A stretch of DNA of 62,753 nt, filler included, from Rhabdomonas costata (taxonomy: Eukaryota): NCBI GenBank assembly GCA_019059605.1. It is 43 parts of 43 records of this genome, joined end to end, with 100 filler letters (N's around TTAATTAATTAA, not from the genome) between each part and the next. Parts side by side here need not be neighbours in the genome. Positions count along the whole stretch, not along the records: positions 1 to 1,363 come from JAHMHO010018188.1; positions 1,464 to 2,825 come from JAHMHO010018189.1; positions 2,926 to 4,288 come from JAHMHO010018190.1; positions 4,389 to 5,750 come from JAHMHO010018191.1; positions 5,851 to 7,215 come from JAHMHO010018192.1; positions 7,316 to 8,677 come from JAHMHO010018193.1; positions 8,778 to 10,139 come from JAHMHO010018194.1; positions 10,240 to 11,601 come from JAHMHO010018195.1; 35 more parts are not named here. The stretch is one strand, 5' to 3'. Each line of letters starts with the position of its first letter. The first letter of the stretch is position 1. Of the stretch, positions 1 to 12,664 are shown in pieces. Below the pieces are notes generated by a model that worked only from the letters and a program-made list of their open reading frames with translations, was not told where the DNA came from and did no database searches. Both the position numbers and the translations under genes were made by a program.

Positions 1-1363
1 GGGGGGTTGTGTCCCCTAGAAAAAGGTTCACTGCTGAACGTATGCCGGCCGAACTACCGCCATTTCCCTCAGCTTAACGCTTCCTCACCTCTATCGTCAC
101 AGCCCGCAGTCTGCGCATGCAGGAGGTGCTCTTCCCCTCCCCCAATTACACTACAATGGTATTGCAAGGAGGGGTGGAGGCCCGGCAAACAAAATTGAGC
201 CAGTTTTTGTACTGAACTAGCAAGCGGCCGGTAGTTTTTGTAATGTAATCGAAGCTCAAATGTCGCCAAGAACACGACAAGAATGCCGAAGATTAGTTTT
301 TTCTAAAAGGCAGAGTGTCTCCCCGAGAGGCTATCTACGGCCATAGCGAGGGGGAATGCTCTCTTTTTCCTTCCTGTTTATCATTTTTAACAGATGCGGA
401 TGGAATGTGTGCATGTGGTTGGGCTGAGTATGTTCTATCGCGCTTCCACCTCCGTTGAACTTGACAACGCTTTGAGTGCCTCAAGTGGGCACCTTCATAC
501 ATTCTCTGCCACAGGCTTTCTAATACCAACCTGACCGAAACGGGAAAGCCGCAAAAGGGGCAATAGCCGCAAAAACAGGGGGGGGGGGTAGATGTTGCTG
601 TGGGCGGCTTGCAATGCATAACGGTCAAGCAGCTCCTTTCCATCTAATAATATTCCGAACTCACTGTAGGGTTTGTATATGAGGAGGCCTCGCCCTCGTA
701 ACAAAACCTCAGGCATACCTCGCCTTCCGTTACCATGCAGAAAGCAGCGGGAAGGCAATGCATTAAAAATCAGGTGGATAAGGGAGACAGCCAAGGAGTC
801 GTCTGAGTGGTGGGACGACAGAGGCTCAGTAAAGAGGGGTAGAGGTGACACAAAACGGCCCTACTAAAACCAAGATACTGTGGCAGGGAGTACGTAAGAC
901 AGAAAATACAAAAATCTCTGAACGGAAAGCGGCGAGGTAAAATGAATCAGCAGCATTGTTTCTATAATTGACAGAAAATTGCAAGCTTGCGGGTAGAGCA
1001 AGATTTACTGGTGCAGACAGTAGAAACTTGCGAAACTTCAGCTGCTCTGAAAAAGAGATTCCTTGCACAGAATCTTCTGGGGTGCATTAGCCGTGGATTC
1101 GGACCGCCTTATTTTGAGCATCACTCCCAAAACGCATTTCCACTGTTTTCCAACCGAAACCTCTGTTGAAAGGCGATACGACGCTGTGGCGTAGCCGTAC
1201 TTCTTTGCCCAGCAACACCGAGACAAAAACTATATCTTCTGCGCCCAGCAAAATGAGGGATCTGCCAACCGACCCAAACGCTTGGTCAAAATCCAAAAGC
1301 ACATTGGTACAACCATACCTACCCATTCCAACAGCAAAAACAACTAACGCGTATATATAGAAA

Positions 1364-1463
1364 NNNNNNNNNNNNNNNNNNNNNNNNNNNNNNNNNNNNN
1401 NNNNNNNTTAATTAATTAANNNNNNNNNNNNNNNNNNNNNNNNNNNNNNNNNNNNNNNNNNNN
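1364..1463. other. Artificial contig linker (first of 42 identical ones)
   Basis: 44 N + TTAATTAATTAA (stops in all six frames) + 44 N, recurring every ~1.46 kb through 61293-61392. Confidence 0.99.
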
Positions 1464-2330
1464 GGTGTTGGGGGGCCATTTCTGTTGGATTAGAGGGCCG
1501 GAAAGGGCGGTTGCCTCGGCTTTCGGTCTTTTGTTTGTGCGTATTTGCCATCGTGCGTGCCCCGTTCTGTTGTCAATTATCACCCCTTCTTGTAACACCA
1601 CCTCCTCGTCCATCCACTGCTACCAGCTCTCAGCTCCTCCTTCATTCTTCATACTTTTCCGCCCTCGTCGTGTTCTTCCTCCTTTGTACCATAGTTCCAC
1701 CACCCGCTCCTATTTGTCGGATCACTTGTGTATCTTTGTGCCAAGGTCGCTGCCACAATCGCGCCAACCTGGAACCTCGTGTGATGATTAATCGCACAAA
1801 ATTCGCAGCTGTCTCCTCGTCAGTGGGGGCGGGGGAGAGAGGCACGACATCTCCACGTCTCCACCCCGGTGGGCGCAGGGGATTTGACGTCAACGGAAGA
1901 GCGACACCGCTTCTTCCATCTATCTATGTCTTAGTCGGAAGAGCTTCCCTTCCTCCGGGGAGTTGAGAATACTTCAGAGTGGAGCTTCCATTCGTTCGAG
2001 GAAGTCAAAACCGGCAAATCCCGGCACCTGCAGAACCGTTGCGAGATGGGGCAGCGAGCGTGCCTTTCAAGGAAAGGCTTGCCTTAAAAATGTCTGGATT
2101 TCTTCCACTAATGCAGCGATTGCACCACGTGCTGTGACACGGAACCCAACTTTGACTGACTGCACTACAGCCTGGGCTAGTGCTTGCCATACAAAGGTGT
2201 CCCAAAAGTACGCGCATACACGGAACCCTCTACTTTTCTACCCATTAGCTCGGAGGCAACTCAGCGGCTTCAGTCCTCATAAGAATACGCACAAACGTCA
2301 CAAAGAAGCAAAAGTTGGGGGGGGGGAGAC

Positions 2331-2825
2331 CTCCTCATAGCTGCAAATGAGCTCGTCCAGCGCTGGCTTGGGGATCATACGCCAGGCATTCAGGATGTTG
2401 TCGTCTGCTGGGATTCCTGAAAGGCCGAATGCTCAATGCTGGAGTGCTGGCTTGATCACATAATTTCCCTCCAAACACGTTGGAAGGTCAGCAAGCGCAC
2501 AAGCGCCAACTCGAAAACTGTCCCTTCCTGGCAATATAACCGAAACCCTGTCGCCGCCTTGGGTGTCGTCCCCCTCCCCCCCCGCTGTCAAACCGCAACA
2601 AACCTCCGTTCCATAGCTCTAACTTAGCACTCAACTCAAAGGTATATGCACGTCAACCTGCAGTTGGAGATTCCGGTGCGGGAGCTACCTCCACCAGGAT
2701 CCCAGTGCACGTGCCGTCGGGGGCATTGCAGCTGCCGCTGGAGGTGCACGGCGGCAGCGGAGGAGACACCGGAGGGGAGCCCGCGGAGGGCAGGCGGTAC
2801 AGGGGCTCGAAGACCGCAAGCAACT
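2331..2825 (-). CDS. Hypothetical protein, two exons (partial)
   Basis: Exons 2825-2658 and 2416-2331 have GT/AG borders and join in phase (...ESPTA-G-IPADDNILNAWRMIPKPALDELICSYEE|GT). No family recognised. Confidence 0.5.
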
Positions 2826-3248
2826 NNNNNNNNNNNNNNNNNNNNNNNNNNNNNNNNNNNNNNNNNNNNTTAATTAATTAANNNNNNNNNNNNNNNNNNN
2901 NNNNNNNNNNNNNNNNNNNNNNNNNAAGGGGGGGGGGGGGGCATAAATGCACTAGCGCCGTAGTTCCTATTGGACGCTGTTGAGTATCTGAACATCACAA
3001 AGTTTTTGCCGGCGAATCGTGTTTTGGGGTGGTCGCTGAGGTGGGACTCCCCCCTCCCCTTTCATTAGAATCTCGAACACTTTCCAGCAATTGTGGTCAG
3101 TGCAATTGGGAAGGTTGCTGGTGGCGCTGCTGGTCTTGTAAGTAATATCCAAACGCTTGCCCTGAGGTGTCGCTGTCACTGCTTCGTGGATGCCGAGGCC
3201 ACATAAAAAACGTTGTCTTTCGTTTTTTACGCTCCTGCACATGTTTAG

Positions 3249-3994
3249 GTGTGACCGGCGGTGAGGAAGACGGGGTAGACAACACAGGTGTGTAGGATCC
3301 TTGCCCTAACTTTCACCTGCCTCCATACTTTTTCTGCGATCATCTTCCGCTCCTCTCTGGTAACCAAAATCAAATCAAAATCAAATCTGCTCCTCCTCCT
3401 TTTTTCTGTCGCTTACTCTGCTGAGCCCTGCCTTGCATGCGCGACACACTGTGAGCTTCCCTATTATATTAGTATTCACAAAAAATGCCCTCTCATGTGA
3501 TTGTGTGCGCATGTATGTGCGTAATAAAAAAAGGCGTCGAGAACTCCAAGCTGTACACTCAGCCCGAGGAGGTGTACCACGTGTGGAAGGAGCTCAGCGC
3601 AATCAGCCCGCGGTACCATTGCCGCGGCGTTCGGGAACGTCCACGGGGTGTACGCTCCAGGTCCCTTTACCTGCGCTTTTTTTTTCCGTTTTGGTTTTTG
3701 AGCTTAATGCGGACCTAAGTGCGGGTCAGTAATGCTTTTTCTGTGCGTTCCAGTAATCTTGTCTTTTTGGTTTTTAGGAGGGAGGGTGTTGTGTTTGAGT
3801 CCTGAGTTTTGCCCGAGTGGAGGCAGTTCAGGGTTTTGCGCGATGTTTCTCCATGATGCGTTGTGGGGTCAGGCAATGTGCACCTGCGCCCGGACATCCT
3901 GGGGACCTGCCAGAAGTACATCCAGGAGAAGGAGAAGCTGTCCACCAGCAAGCCGGTGATGTTCGTGTTCCACGGGGGCTCAGGCTCGGAGAAG
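3249..3994 (+). CDS. fbaA: Fructose-bisphosphate aldolase class II (FbaA type), three exons, frameshift at ~3614
   Basis: Exons 3249-3287 (VTGGEEDGVDNT), 3534-3660 (VENSKLYTQPEEVYHVWKELSAISPR / TIAAAFGNVHGVYAP) and 3873-3994 (NVHLRPDILG...MFVFHGGSGSEK). These match the class II motifs GGEEDG, LYTQPE, FGNVHGVY and VFHGGSG. All introns are GT-AG and in phase. Confidence 0.96.
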
Positions 3995-6110
3995 GTTCGT
4001 GCCAGCCATGCTCTTTCATGTTAATGGGATTGTATCCCAACGCCGGTCAATCCCAGCGCACGTCCCGAGACTTGCTCCGCTTAAGTCGAGGTGTGAACCT
4101 CTTTGGGTCAGAATTGCTCTACTTTTTTTTTTTGCGGAAGTTGATGACCACATACACCACCACAATACTCACGTCCCCCCTCCCACCTTGTAGGTCGTCC
4201 TCCTGTTCCCTTATAAAAACGGCTTCACTCACACCCTCGTATATCAAATGGGTGATTGGTCCTGTTACAACCCGTTGCCAAACCCCCCNNNNNNNNNNNN
4301 NNNNNNNNNNNNNNNNNNNNNNNNNNNNNNNNTTAATTAATTAANNNNNNNNNNNNNNNNNNNNNNNNNNNNNNNNNNNNNNNNNNNNGGGGTTTTGGTT
4401 CCCCTGCTTGCTTTCACGCGCAGTACGTGACGAGCTGTGCCTGTAATTATGTTGGCTGTTTTTGTGCCATCTTCATGAGTGCGTGGGTGTCTTGGGTGGG
4501 GAGATTCGTGGGGTTTCAGCCTCTTCTCTCTCTTTCCCGTTGAGGGCTTTTTGTAACTGAAGGCTGACACAGCGGGATGTGCGTGGGAGCAAGATGAGAC
4601 GAGGTGATGAGAGATACACGCCACTTGGTGGTTGTGTTACGATACTTGCTAGCTGTGGAATTGTTGCAGAGCCCATTGCAAGCCAAGCGCTCTGTGAATC
4701 CTCCGACGCATTCCTGTGGAGATTTGATTGAGGAAGTCACGCCCTTCCTTCTGATTCTTCACCCAATATGTCCAGTGCCGAGCCATCCCAGACAGTCATG
4801 CGGTGTCTTCATCAGGTGCGCTGAATACTAACTTCAAGGCGCTTCTACTTCTACGTCCCCCAATAGGCCAGGGGAAGCAAAGAATTGTCGTGGTTTCGGT
4901 GCCCAACGTCACCCTTAGCCAATATGATGTACATAATGGTATCACCGATGAGCAAGGAGACTAACATAAAAGCGGCTATAATTTTGCCGGTTTATTAGGG
5001 AATGCGATCTCGTCAGTTGTGTTGGACTGAAATGGGAATACAATCGTTGTGCAGCAATGGGGCCTGCCGTTTAGTTGCTTCTCTCTCCCTCTTTGCTGTC
5101 CACCCTCCCTTGCTGCAAGTGTTGCCCACACCGTCAGTTTTTTCGTTGTACGCTCCTTTTTTGGCGAGAGAAGAATACACGACCCCAGGTTTTTCTTCGA
5201 GGACTTTCTCCTCCAAGACTGTGGCGTCAGCGAAAGAGACTTTTGTCGGGTGTTTTGTTCCGGCCGTGCCACAGTGCATGTTGCTGCCAACTGTTTATCA
5301 TGGGCTCTGAGAAGTTGGGAGTAAGATTCCTGTTGTTTTGCGTATCCTCAGAACGCGCGTATCTGATTTTTTCATACCTCGCGCTTGAGTGAGGCGAAAG
5401 AGCAGACATCACACGTCAAGGAAGAAAGAGCAACCATCATACGAGAGTTTGGGGGTCAACCTTCACAGTTCTTTCTGATAGCCGCATGCCCTCGTTTGCA
5501 TTCCCGAAATGCGGTTAACATTATCTTCAGCTAACGGGCCCCGGTTTGACATGGCAACTCGATAACCTCAGGATGCACCTCACTGCATTGGGTATCTCAG
5601 TCGAATCATGATGCTGAAAGCGTTTTCTGAGGCGATGACTGTTTTCATTTGAACTCCACCCCCATTTTTTGTAACGTGTGGCGTTTATGTTAACCTCATC
5701 CTCATTGCCCTACTATGGTGAAGGGTTACTCGTAAGAAAACAACCACCCCNNNNNNNNNNNNNNNNNNNNNNNNNNNNNNNNNNNNNNNNNNNNTTAATT
5801 AATTAANNNNNNNNNNNNNNNNNNNNNNNNNNNNNNNNNNNNNNNNNNNNGTTTGTTGTTAGGGCGAAAGGAAATTTGGTTTGGCTGCTGGACAAGTTCC
5901 CATGGGATCCGTATACCTTTTCCGGGGGGCAGACCTCCCTTCCAAACCATTTTATATGAGTTTTTCAGCGAGTGTTTTTCAGCTGTATTTCTATCGCTTG
6001 AATTATAGCTTTGCATGTGCAATAGATACTGCAGAGAGTCGAAGTTACGGAGAGTCATATCTGAAGCAATTACTTTGGCAATGCTTCCGTTTTCGCCGCA
6101 ATGATGTCAG

Positions 6111-6739
6111 GTTTATGCAGGACCAGCTGGTGATCTTGATGGCTTTGGCCAAGGGCCGTAGCCAGGTCAGGACAGGGCCACTCACTGATCACACCAAGCT
6201 GGCCATCGAGACGGCGCAAACTCTGATGCCCTGCCGCTTCACTGTCACGGTATGCGCGCGTGCGCTCTTCATACACAGCAAAGGCTACCGGTGCACACCG
6301 GTGCGTTGGGTGCGGATACCGCGTGAGGGTTTTCCGTGTTATGGCAACCTGCGGGTAACGTCCCCCCCCCTACTTGGGGCAATGGAGCTTCTGCTTTTTT
6401 TTTTGCCTAACGGTAGGCTTCAAAATCCCCTGAGGCAATTTCTTAGACAAAAACTGTCACGCTCCCAACTCGCGCACTTTGCATTAAGTTCCGGCGGGCC
6501 TTGTTTGGCTTCGCGTCCAAAGTTTTGTGATGCCCCTGTCCTTCATCGATTGGATGGAGCGTCCATCGCACTCTCGCCGTGGTGTTATCTAAGTTGCAGC
6601 TGTGCGCGGCGGTTTTTCTTCCATTCAGGAAGATGGCAAGACCAACATTATTGCTTGCAATGGTATCCAGCTGAGCTCCCCTGGGCGCTACTCCACAGCG
6701 AGTGCAGCTGGGCCTGCAGCCGACGCTGGCAAAGGCTCT

Positions 6740-6778
<39 letters not shown>

Positions 6779-6823
6779 GAAACTGCCGCCACAGCTGCCT
6801 CCTCCTCCTCTTCGGCATCATGA
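6111..6823 (+). CDS. RTCA: RNA 3'-terminal phosphate cyclase, last two exons
   Basis: Exon 6111-6249 FMQDQLVILMALAKGRSQVRTGPLTDHTKLAIETAQ matches the RtcA C-terminal QDQLxxxMALA...TGPxTxHT motif. Exon 6629-6823 reads EDGKTNIIACNGI plus a Ser/Ala-rich tail to TGA. Confidence 0.92.
6742..6777 (+). repeat. (CAG)12 microsatellite read as poly-Ser in the RtcA tail
   Basis: Twelve perfect CAG units seen directly. Confidence 0.97.
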
Positions 6824-8168
6824 GCCCACGCTTCATCCTTTCGCTGAGGGTTGTGACTGGTGCAGTCAGCATGACCGGGCTCTATGCCGTGTCTGTGCAG
6901 CATCCCTTGTTCACTGTGTGTGTGTGTGTGTGTGTGTGTGGCTGTTTCAGTTCCCAAATCTTTCGAGACTACCTGGGCCAGACTGAGGACCAGCTTGAGG
7001 CCCTTGCGGCGAGCAGGGCCAGGTTTCGGACGCTATGCTAAGAGTTTTGGCTACGTGCTCCTGCGGGTGGTCCATTTAAACGGGGGATCGTGTTCGAAGG
7101 AAAGGAAGGACGTGGGGCAGCATTGTGTGCCCAGGGCATTGCGGGCGGGGGGGCGTTATGTTCGCAGTTGTACCGCAAAGCAGTCATCAGTCATATTTCG
7201 GCTCTCCCAAAAACANNNNNNNNNNNNNNNNNNNNNNNNNNNNNNNNNNNNNNNNNNNNTTAATTAATTAANNNNNNNNNNNNNNNNNNNNNNNNNNNNN
7301 NNNNNNNNNNNNNNNTGTGTGTTTTTTGCTTTTGCTTTTGCTTCTTACCTCACACAAAGTGGGCGAATGGGTGTTCGGAAGATGCAAAAGAGAGTGAGAG
7401 AGGGCAAAGGTGAGAGAAGAGGAGCAGGAAGAAGGACTAGTGGAAGGGGGAGATAGACAAGAATTTCGAGGGAGACCAGCACAGAGATTCTGGATCTCTG
7501 GCCTCCATATTAATGAATCGAGAGAGCAAATGAGGTACCACAATTGGTGCCCCCCCCCCCGCCCCAAATGCTTCCAAAGAAGAATTCAAGGGGCTCAGGA
7601 TGTGCACGAGGTTGGAACGAAATGGGGAACGAAATGTTGGTAGTTTGTAACTTTTTGACAAGTGCCAAGAATGGACAACAAGGTCGGGGCGAAACCTTAG
7701 TGTCACCTTGGATTTCTTGCAGATGTCCCCCTCTATAATTGTCACAAAAGAATAACGAATTTTTCCATTGCCACAGAAGAGTCCGGCAAGAAAAAAAAGG
7801 GACGCAACCCAACGCGTTGGAGGCACATCTCAAAGGTGACAAAGTCAGGCAAAGGGCGGGCACGTCACGAGCAACAAAATGATTCCAAAAAACACCTCCA
7901 GATGCCAAAGAATTCAGCCAGGAACAAGGGCGTGGAAGAGAAAAGCAAGAAGCGAAAAAATACAAGGGGTCTCAGGACCCAAAAGGACCCGCACAGAAGA
8001 GAGTGGGGAAGGGGGAGGGTCAGGGGCAAAGAGTGGCGTGGGCGCACCTGCAACTGTGAGCACCATCTGTGGTTATTAGGTGCGGAAGATGACGAAAGGA
8101 TGGACCAATAAAACCGCAACAAGCGCAAAAAGGTTTATCGCTCCAGGAGACCACAGCACCCACACAGC

Positions 8169-8600
8169 TTAGTCCACATCCCCATGCTCCTTCAGGCGCG
8201 CTCCACGGCCCTTGGGGCCCGCCTTCCTTTTTGTGAGGCTCTCCAAGGAAGCCTGAAAGAACCTCCACTCCGTCTCGAGCTCGTTTCGCTCACAGAACTC
8301 CACCAAGGCTTGGAACCGGGGGCCCACCTGCACCCGGGTCGCGAAGCAGAGCTTGTGCAGGCAGTGCGGGCACAGCCACACGGGGAGCCCGTCGCTCTCC
8401 TCAGTGCTGTTGCTGCCCGCCATGTTGCAGAGGTACTTCTGGCAGTGCTCCAGGCGGAACAGGTGGGCCGTCTCGTGGGTCGAGGTCTTCATGGCGCGCC
8501 GGAGGCACAGCTGGAAGGCCTCATCCCCGGCGCTGGGGTCGCCATCGCGATACATTGACCACACTCCCACGTGTCGGTCCAAATCGGCCTCCCCGAAGAC
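8169..8600 (-). CDS. Archaemetzincin (peptidase M54), terminal exon
   Basis: AG acceptor at 8602-8601, then VFGEA...HETAHLFRLEHC-QKYL-C-N-M-AGSNSTEESD...CPHC. This is the M54 zinc motif plus Cys cluster. Confidence 0.9.
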   Translation of the reverse strand, partial: VFGEADLDRHVGVWSMYRDGDPSAGDEAFQLCLRRAMKTSTHETAHLFRLEHCQKYLCNMAGSNSTEESDGLPVWLCPHCLHKLCFATRVQVGPRFQALVEFCERNELETEWRFFQASLESLTKRKAGPKGRGARLKEHGDVD

Positions 8601-11600
8601 CTTAAAAATGAGTAAGCAAATAAAGGAAGGAAGGCACGATACCCCAATGTGTTCAGTGGCAGGCGTCACACCACAAANNNNNNNNNNNNNNNNNNNNNNN
8701 NNNNNNNNNNNNNNNNNNNNNTTAATTAATTAANNNNNNNNNNNNNNNNNNNNNNNNNNNNNNNNNNNNNNNNNNNNGTGGAGCCGTCCCCGGGGACCTT
8801 ACCTCTGCCCATACGCGTGCCCCGGGCGGTTGCGGAGGGTCCCCCACCAAGTGGGGAGGGTACCCCAGCACCCGGCCCTTTCCTGAAGTGAAGCATTTCC
8901 AGGTCTGTGGCATGGCAGGTGCTGTTGTGGTGGTTTCCTGTCTACTTGTCTGTGTGTGCCTGTGCTCTTTTTGCATTGGGGAGGGGGAGGGGTATTGTTG
9001 TTGTGCTGCTGACAATTCATTTCTGAAAACGGAGCCCACCAATGTCTGTGGTCCTGAAAACGGAAGAGCGGAAGCAACCGGCATTTGGTCAGCTTCAGTG
9101 CCAAACAGCGGTCAGGAAACACGGTTGAGATATGAGGCGGAGGGGAGATATTTGTGAGGGAGAAGTTTCACTTCTCATTTTTCAGTGAACTGAAGAGGCC
9201 TTCCCTTCGACGGATGGATATCGGTCCTTTCTCTCCCGCGTCAGCCGTTCACAATTCGTGACACCCTGGCCCTGGTGAAGGAGTCCTAGTGCCTTTGGTG
9301 ACACGTGCACCACCACCACCTCTCCACTCTTCTTTGATTTTTCGCTGCCATATCTGTGCTGGGCTGTTTTTGCCCCGCCACTGCCATGTGTGCGCTGGCC
9401 AAGCTTCGCGCAGGGGGGGGGGGCAGTGGAAGGGGCGACCCTGTACTGCTTGCTTAAGGATGGATACCTCTGAAGTGTCATCCAGTGTGGGGCTCTTCCT
9501 TTCCTTCATCCTTTCATGGTGGAAGGTACCCCATGGGTTGAGGGCCTGAAGGCTGCGCATCTCTGTGTGTGTTGCCCGCTCCCTTTGCCCGTATGTGGTT
9601 TCTCACCTGCGTGTTCTTGGAACTGAGGTGGAATGTGTGAGAAGAATCCGATGAATTCGTTGGAGGCCAGAGCGAAGGAAATTGGCGGGAAAGTATGTAC
9701 GATGGTGGAAACACTTTGTCACGGCTGTCCCGCGATACCACTAAAGCAAGCAACTAGTAACGCACCCAAAATAAGAGCATAGTGCGCAGCGAATTCCGAT
9801 CTGAAGTTTTTTCGCGGTGACTTCCAATCGCGTTGCAGATCTTCTTTTTGCCATCAAACTGTAAATTCTCACTTTACATGTAATCTGCTTTGCATTCAAT
9901 TCATTAAATCCTAGCAATAGCAATGCCTTTCCGCGGGTTTCTTCCCATGTTCAGGTGGTTGCTCAGTATGGGCGTCATCACAAATCTTTACGAGCGCCAC
10001 AAAAGAATTTAGAATCGCAGAAACGCCGAAGGGGCACTGCCTGACGATGTAACATTTTGCATTATTTTCTCATTCAGCAAAGCTAGCCCGAGGCATTTAG
10101 GTTTCAAGAGCTCCAAGAGCTGTGAATAGCCCAAAAACANNNNNNNNNNNNNNNNNNNNNNNNNNNNNNNNNNNNNNNNNNNNTTAATTAATTAANNNNN
10201 NNNNNNNNNNNNNNNNNNNNNNNNNNNNNNNNNNNNNNNATGGAGAGCGAAGAGAGAGAAGTGGGCATTGTGTGGTGAAATGACAGGAGTCACTGGGGTT
10301 TCACCAGAGAGAAGCGCGGAGTCCAGGCATGATCGTGGAGACGATGGCCGGAGAGTGTGTCAGAAGAAGAGTAAAGAGGAAGGAGGTCTCAATCTGAATC
10401 TGAAAAATCTGAATTGCGAACCCCGAACCACCAAAACGGAAAACCAAAACCCCACGCGGAAACCACCACCCCAACCTCCGAACCCAGAAATCCGACCGAG
10501 TACCCTAGCCCAATCCTCACCCCTACCTTGCCCACCCATGATGCCACCGGCAGGGGCTGAGACTACCTCCGGCGCCCTCCGGTGCCACTACTACGGGTGA
10601 CGTCCCAAAAAGTGACAGTGATAGAATTGCATCCCGTTCTCCCGTTGTCGCCTAAACGGCCCGATCCGGTCATGGTTGTGGTTGTGCCCTCTGCCACTCG
10701 TTGGGTCCTGCCAATGGCGTCTGGTGGGTGCCCCTTGTTCCCATTGACGTTGGGGTTCCCCCGTCTCATTCTGTGTACTCTTCTTTTAAATGCGTCTGTT
10801 TTTCTCGCGTGGAAGATGTGCATACGGCTGTCGGTTCAACTACTGCGGGCAAGGTGGTTGCAGGGAAACATTGGTTCTCAGACATGCGGGCAAAAGGGCA
10901 GGACATAGTGTCCGAGAATTTTGCGGAAACAGCTGCTTGGAGCAGTTTAACTTACAAAAGATTGAATCCAACTTTACCAGCGATTTCAAATGGGGTTGGG
11001 AAAGTGTTTCTCTCGCATTTGCCAAGTTCTGGTGGCTGTAACCGCGAAGGCACACGGAAAAGAGCCCCAAGGCAAAAGAAATGTCAAATACGAACGCGTC
11101 ACATCTTCGGTTTGGAGTCCTTTTCCGTCCATTGAGTAATCCAACCAGAAAGGCCTTCTCTGTAAAGCTCCAAAGGATCCTTAAAAGCAATGCACAAGGG
11201 AGCCCTTGTACTGGTTCTCGTGGACGGTACTGGCGGCGCCAGTCCGGCAGCGTGCCAGACACAGGGAAAAAATATCCCCGCGAGGAATTGCATGGTATAG
11301 CGGGTCTCCCACCTCCCGGCGCTGGCGGTGAACTTGCATGAGATGGGCGCGCTGAACAAAAAGAACGACGGTTAAGCAAGGCAAAAAGGATTCACTAGCC
11401 TTCGGAGAATCCACAGCTGCACCTGACTACATGAGTTGGAAACCGACGGGGCAGTTAAATCGAAGCTGCTATGAGTTTTGCAAACGCTGAACCGACTTTT
11501 AGATCAGGCACATGCCAACACAGTCGAAATTTTCGACCAAGACAAAATTAAACAGCCACAGCATTGCTAGCAACAAGATATCCGGCCACTAAACTATGCA

Positions 11601-12140
11601 GNNNNNNNNNNNNNNNNNNNNNNNNNNNNNNNNNNNNNNNNNNNNTTAATTAATTAANNNNNNNNNNNNNNNNNNNNNNNNNNNNNNNNNNNNNNNNNNN
11701 NGGGGGTGGTGGGAGGACGTGGTTGTTGGAGATCACATGTAATTTTAAGTTACCTTTGTTTTCCTGTGTTCTATGATAGATACTCAAGAGATTATAGGTG
11801 GAAATACTGCTCTAGCGACTCACTTTCGCTAAAGGTCAGCTGGTTTTTATGGACGATTGTATCACGGGTCCCCTTTGTCATTTCTTATAATGAATATTTC
11901 GTCCCAGTTTAAAAAGGAGAGTTTTAGATGTGACTATAAAGGAGGCGCTATTAACTTTCAAGCCATGCTTCTCTCGGATGGTGCTAGTTGAGAGGGAGAT
12001 GAACAATTTCCCAGCTTTTTCAGATGCTGAAACGTTGTGAGCGTTGTTTAATTTCCCTTAGGGGTTCTTTGGGCAGTTTTTCCATCATTATCGTTTACGC
12101 TGCATTTCTCTCTTGACATGGCTCCATTGTTTACGTGCAG

Positions 12141-12664
12141 GTTACTGCTAAAGGATCTCTTCTGTGGGAGCTGAAGTTTCACCCCAAGAAGAAGATGGCG
12201 GGTCCTTTCAATCAGTTCTGGGTTTGGAATGTCGAACGCTTCTTCCCTGAGCCCTTGGTCGAGGTACGCCCCACATTCTGTTCCGTGAACCAAAACAACG
12301 TCCTTTTCCTCATTTTCAGAACGAACCACTCTTGTGTGGATGTGTGGTGTTTCAGGTGCTCTCTTCCTCGGCTCGCCTCTCGGAACCTGTGCAGCTTCGG
12401 CTGCGGGTTTTTAACACGGTGCGGCTGCGAACCAGATCGCAAGGCATGGTCACAGTTCAACGGGGTTTGAGTGGAAGTCGTTCATTGGTTACAGATCCTC
12501 AACGGTTCTCTTTCGAGCCCAACTGGTTGCCCACCGAGGTGTCGGTACCTCTGGGTGACCTCTGGCCAACACCGGAGTGTGGAACGCAGGAACTCTCTGT
12601 GGAAGTCAGGAATGCAGATGGCCAGGCCGCGAATACCCGTGTGCCTTTTCAGTTGGTGTGCTAA
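12141..12664 (+). CDS. Possible arylsulfotransferase-like protein, last two exons
   Basis: Exons 12141-12263 and 12356-12664 are GT-AG and in phase. VTAKGSLLWEL...WNVERF resembles the C-terminal EVTxxGxxxWE...xxER segment of ASST-family propellers. The family call is tentative. Confidence 0.45.

Noticed and set aside
5881..6780. 299-aa ORF ending in poly-Gln
   Set aside because: It reads through introns. The real RtcA last exon uses another frame, where the repeat encodes Ser.
10240..11601. Degenerate transposon ORF
   Set aside because: The frames are long but stop-interrupted, with no recognisable gag, RT, integrase or transposase motif.
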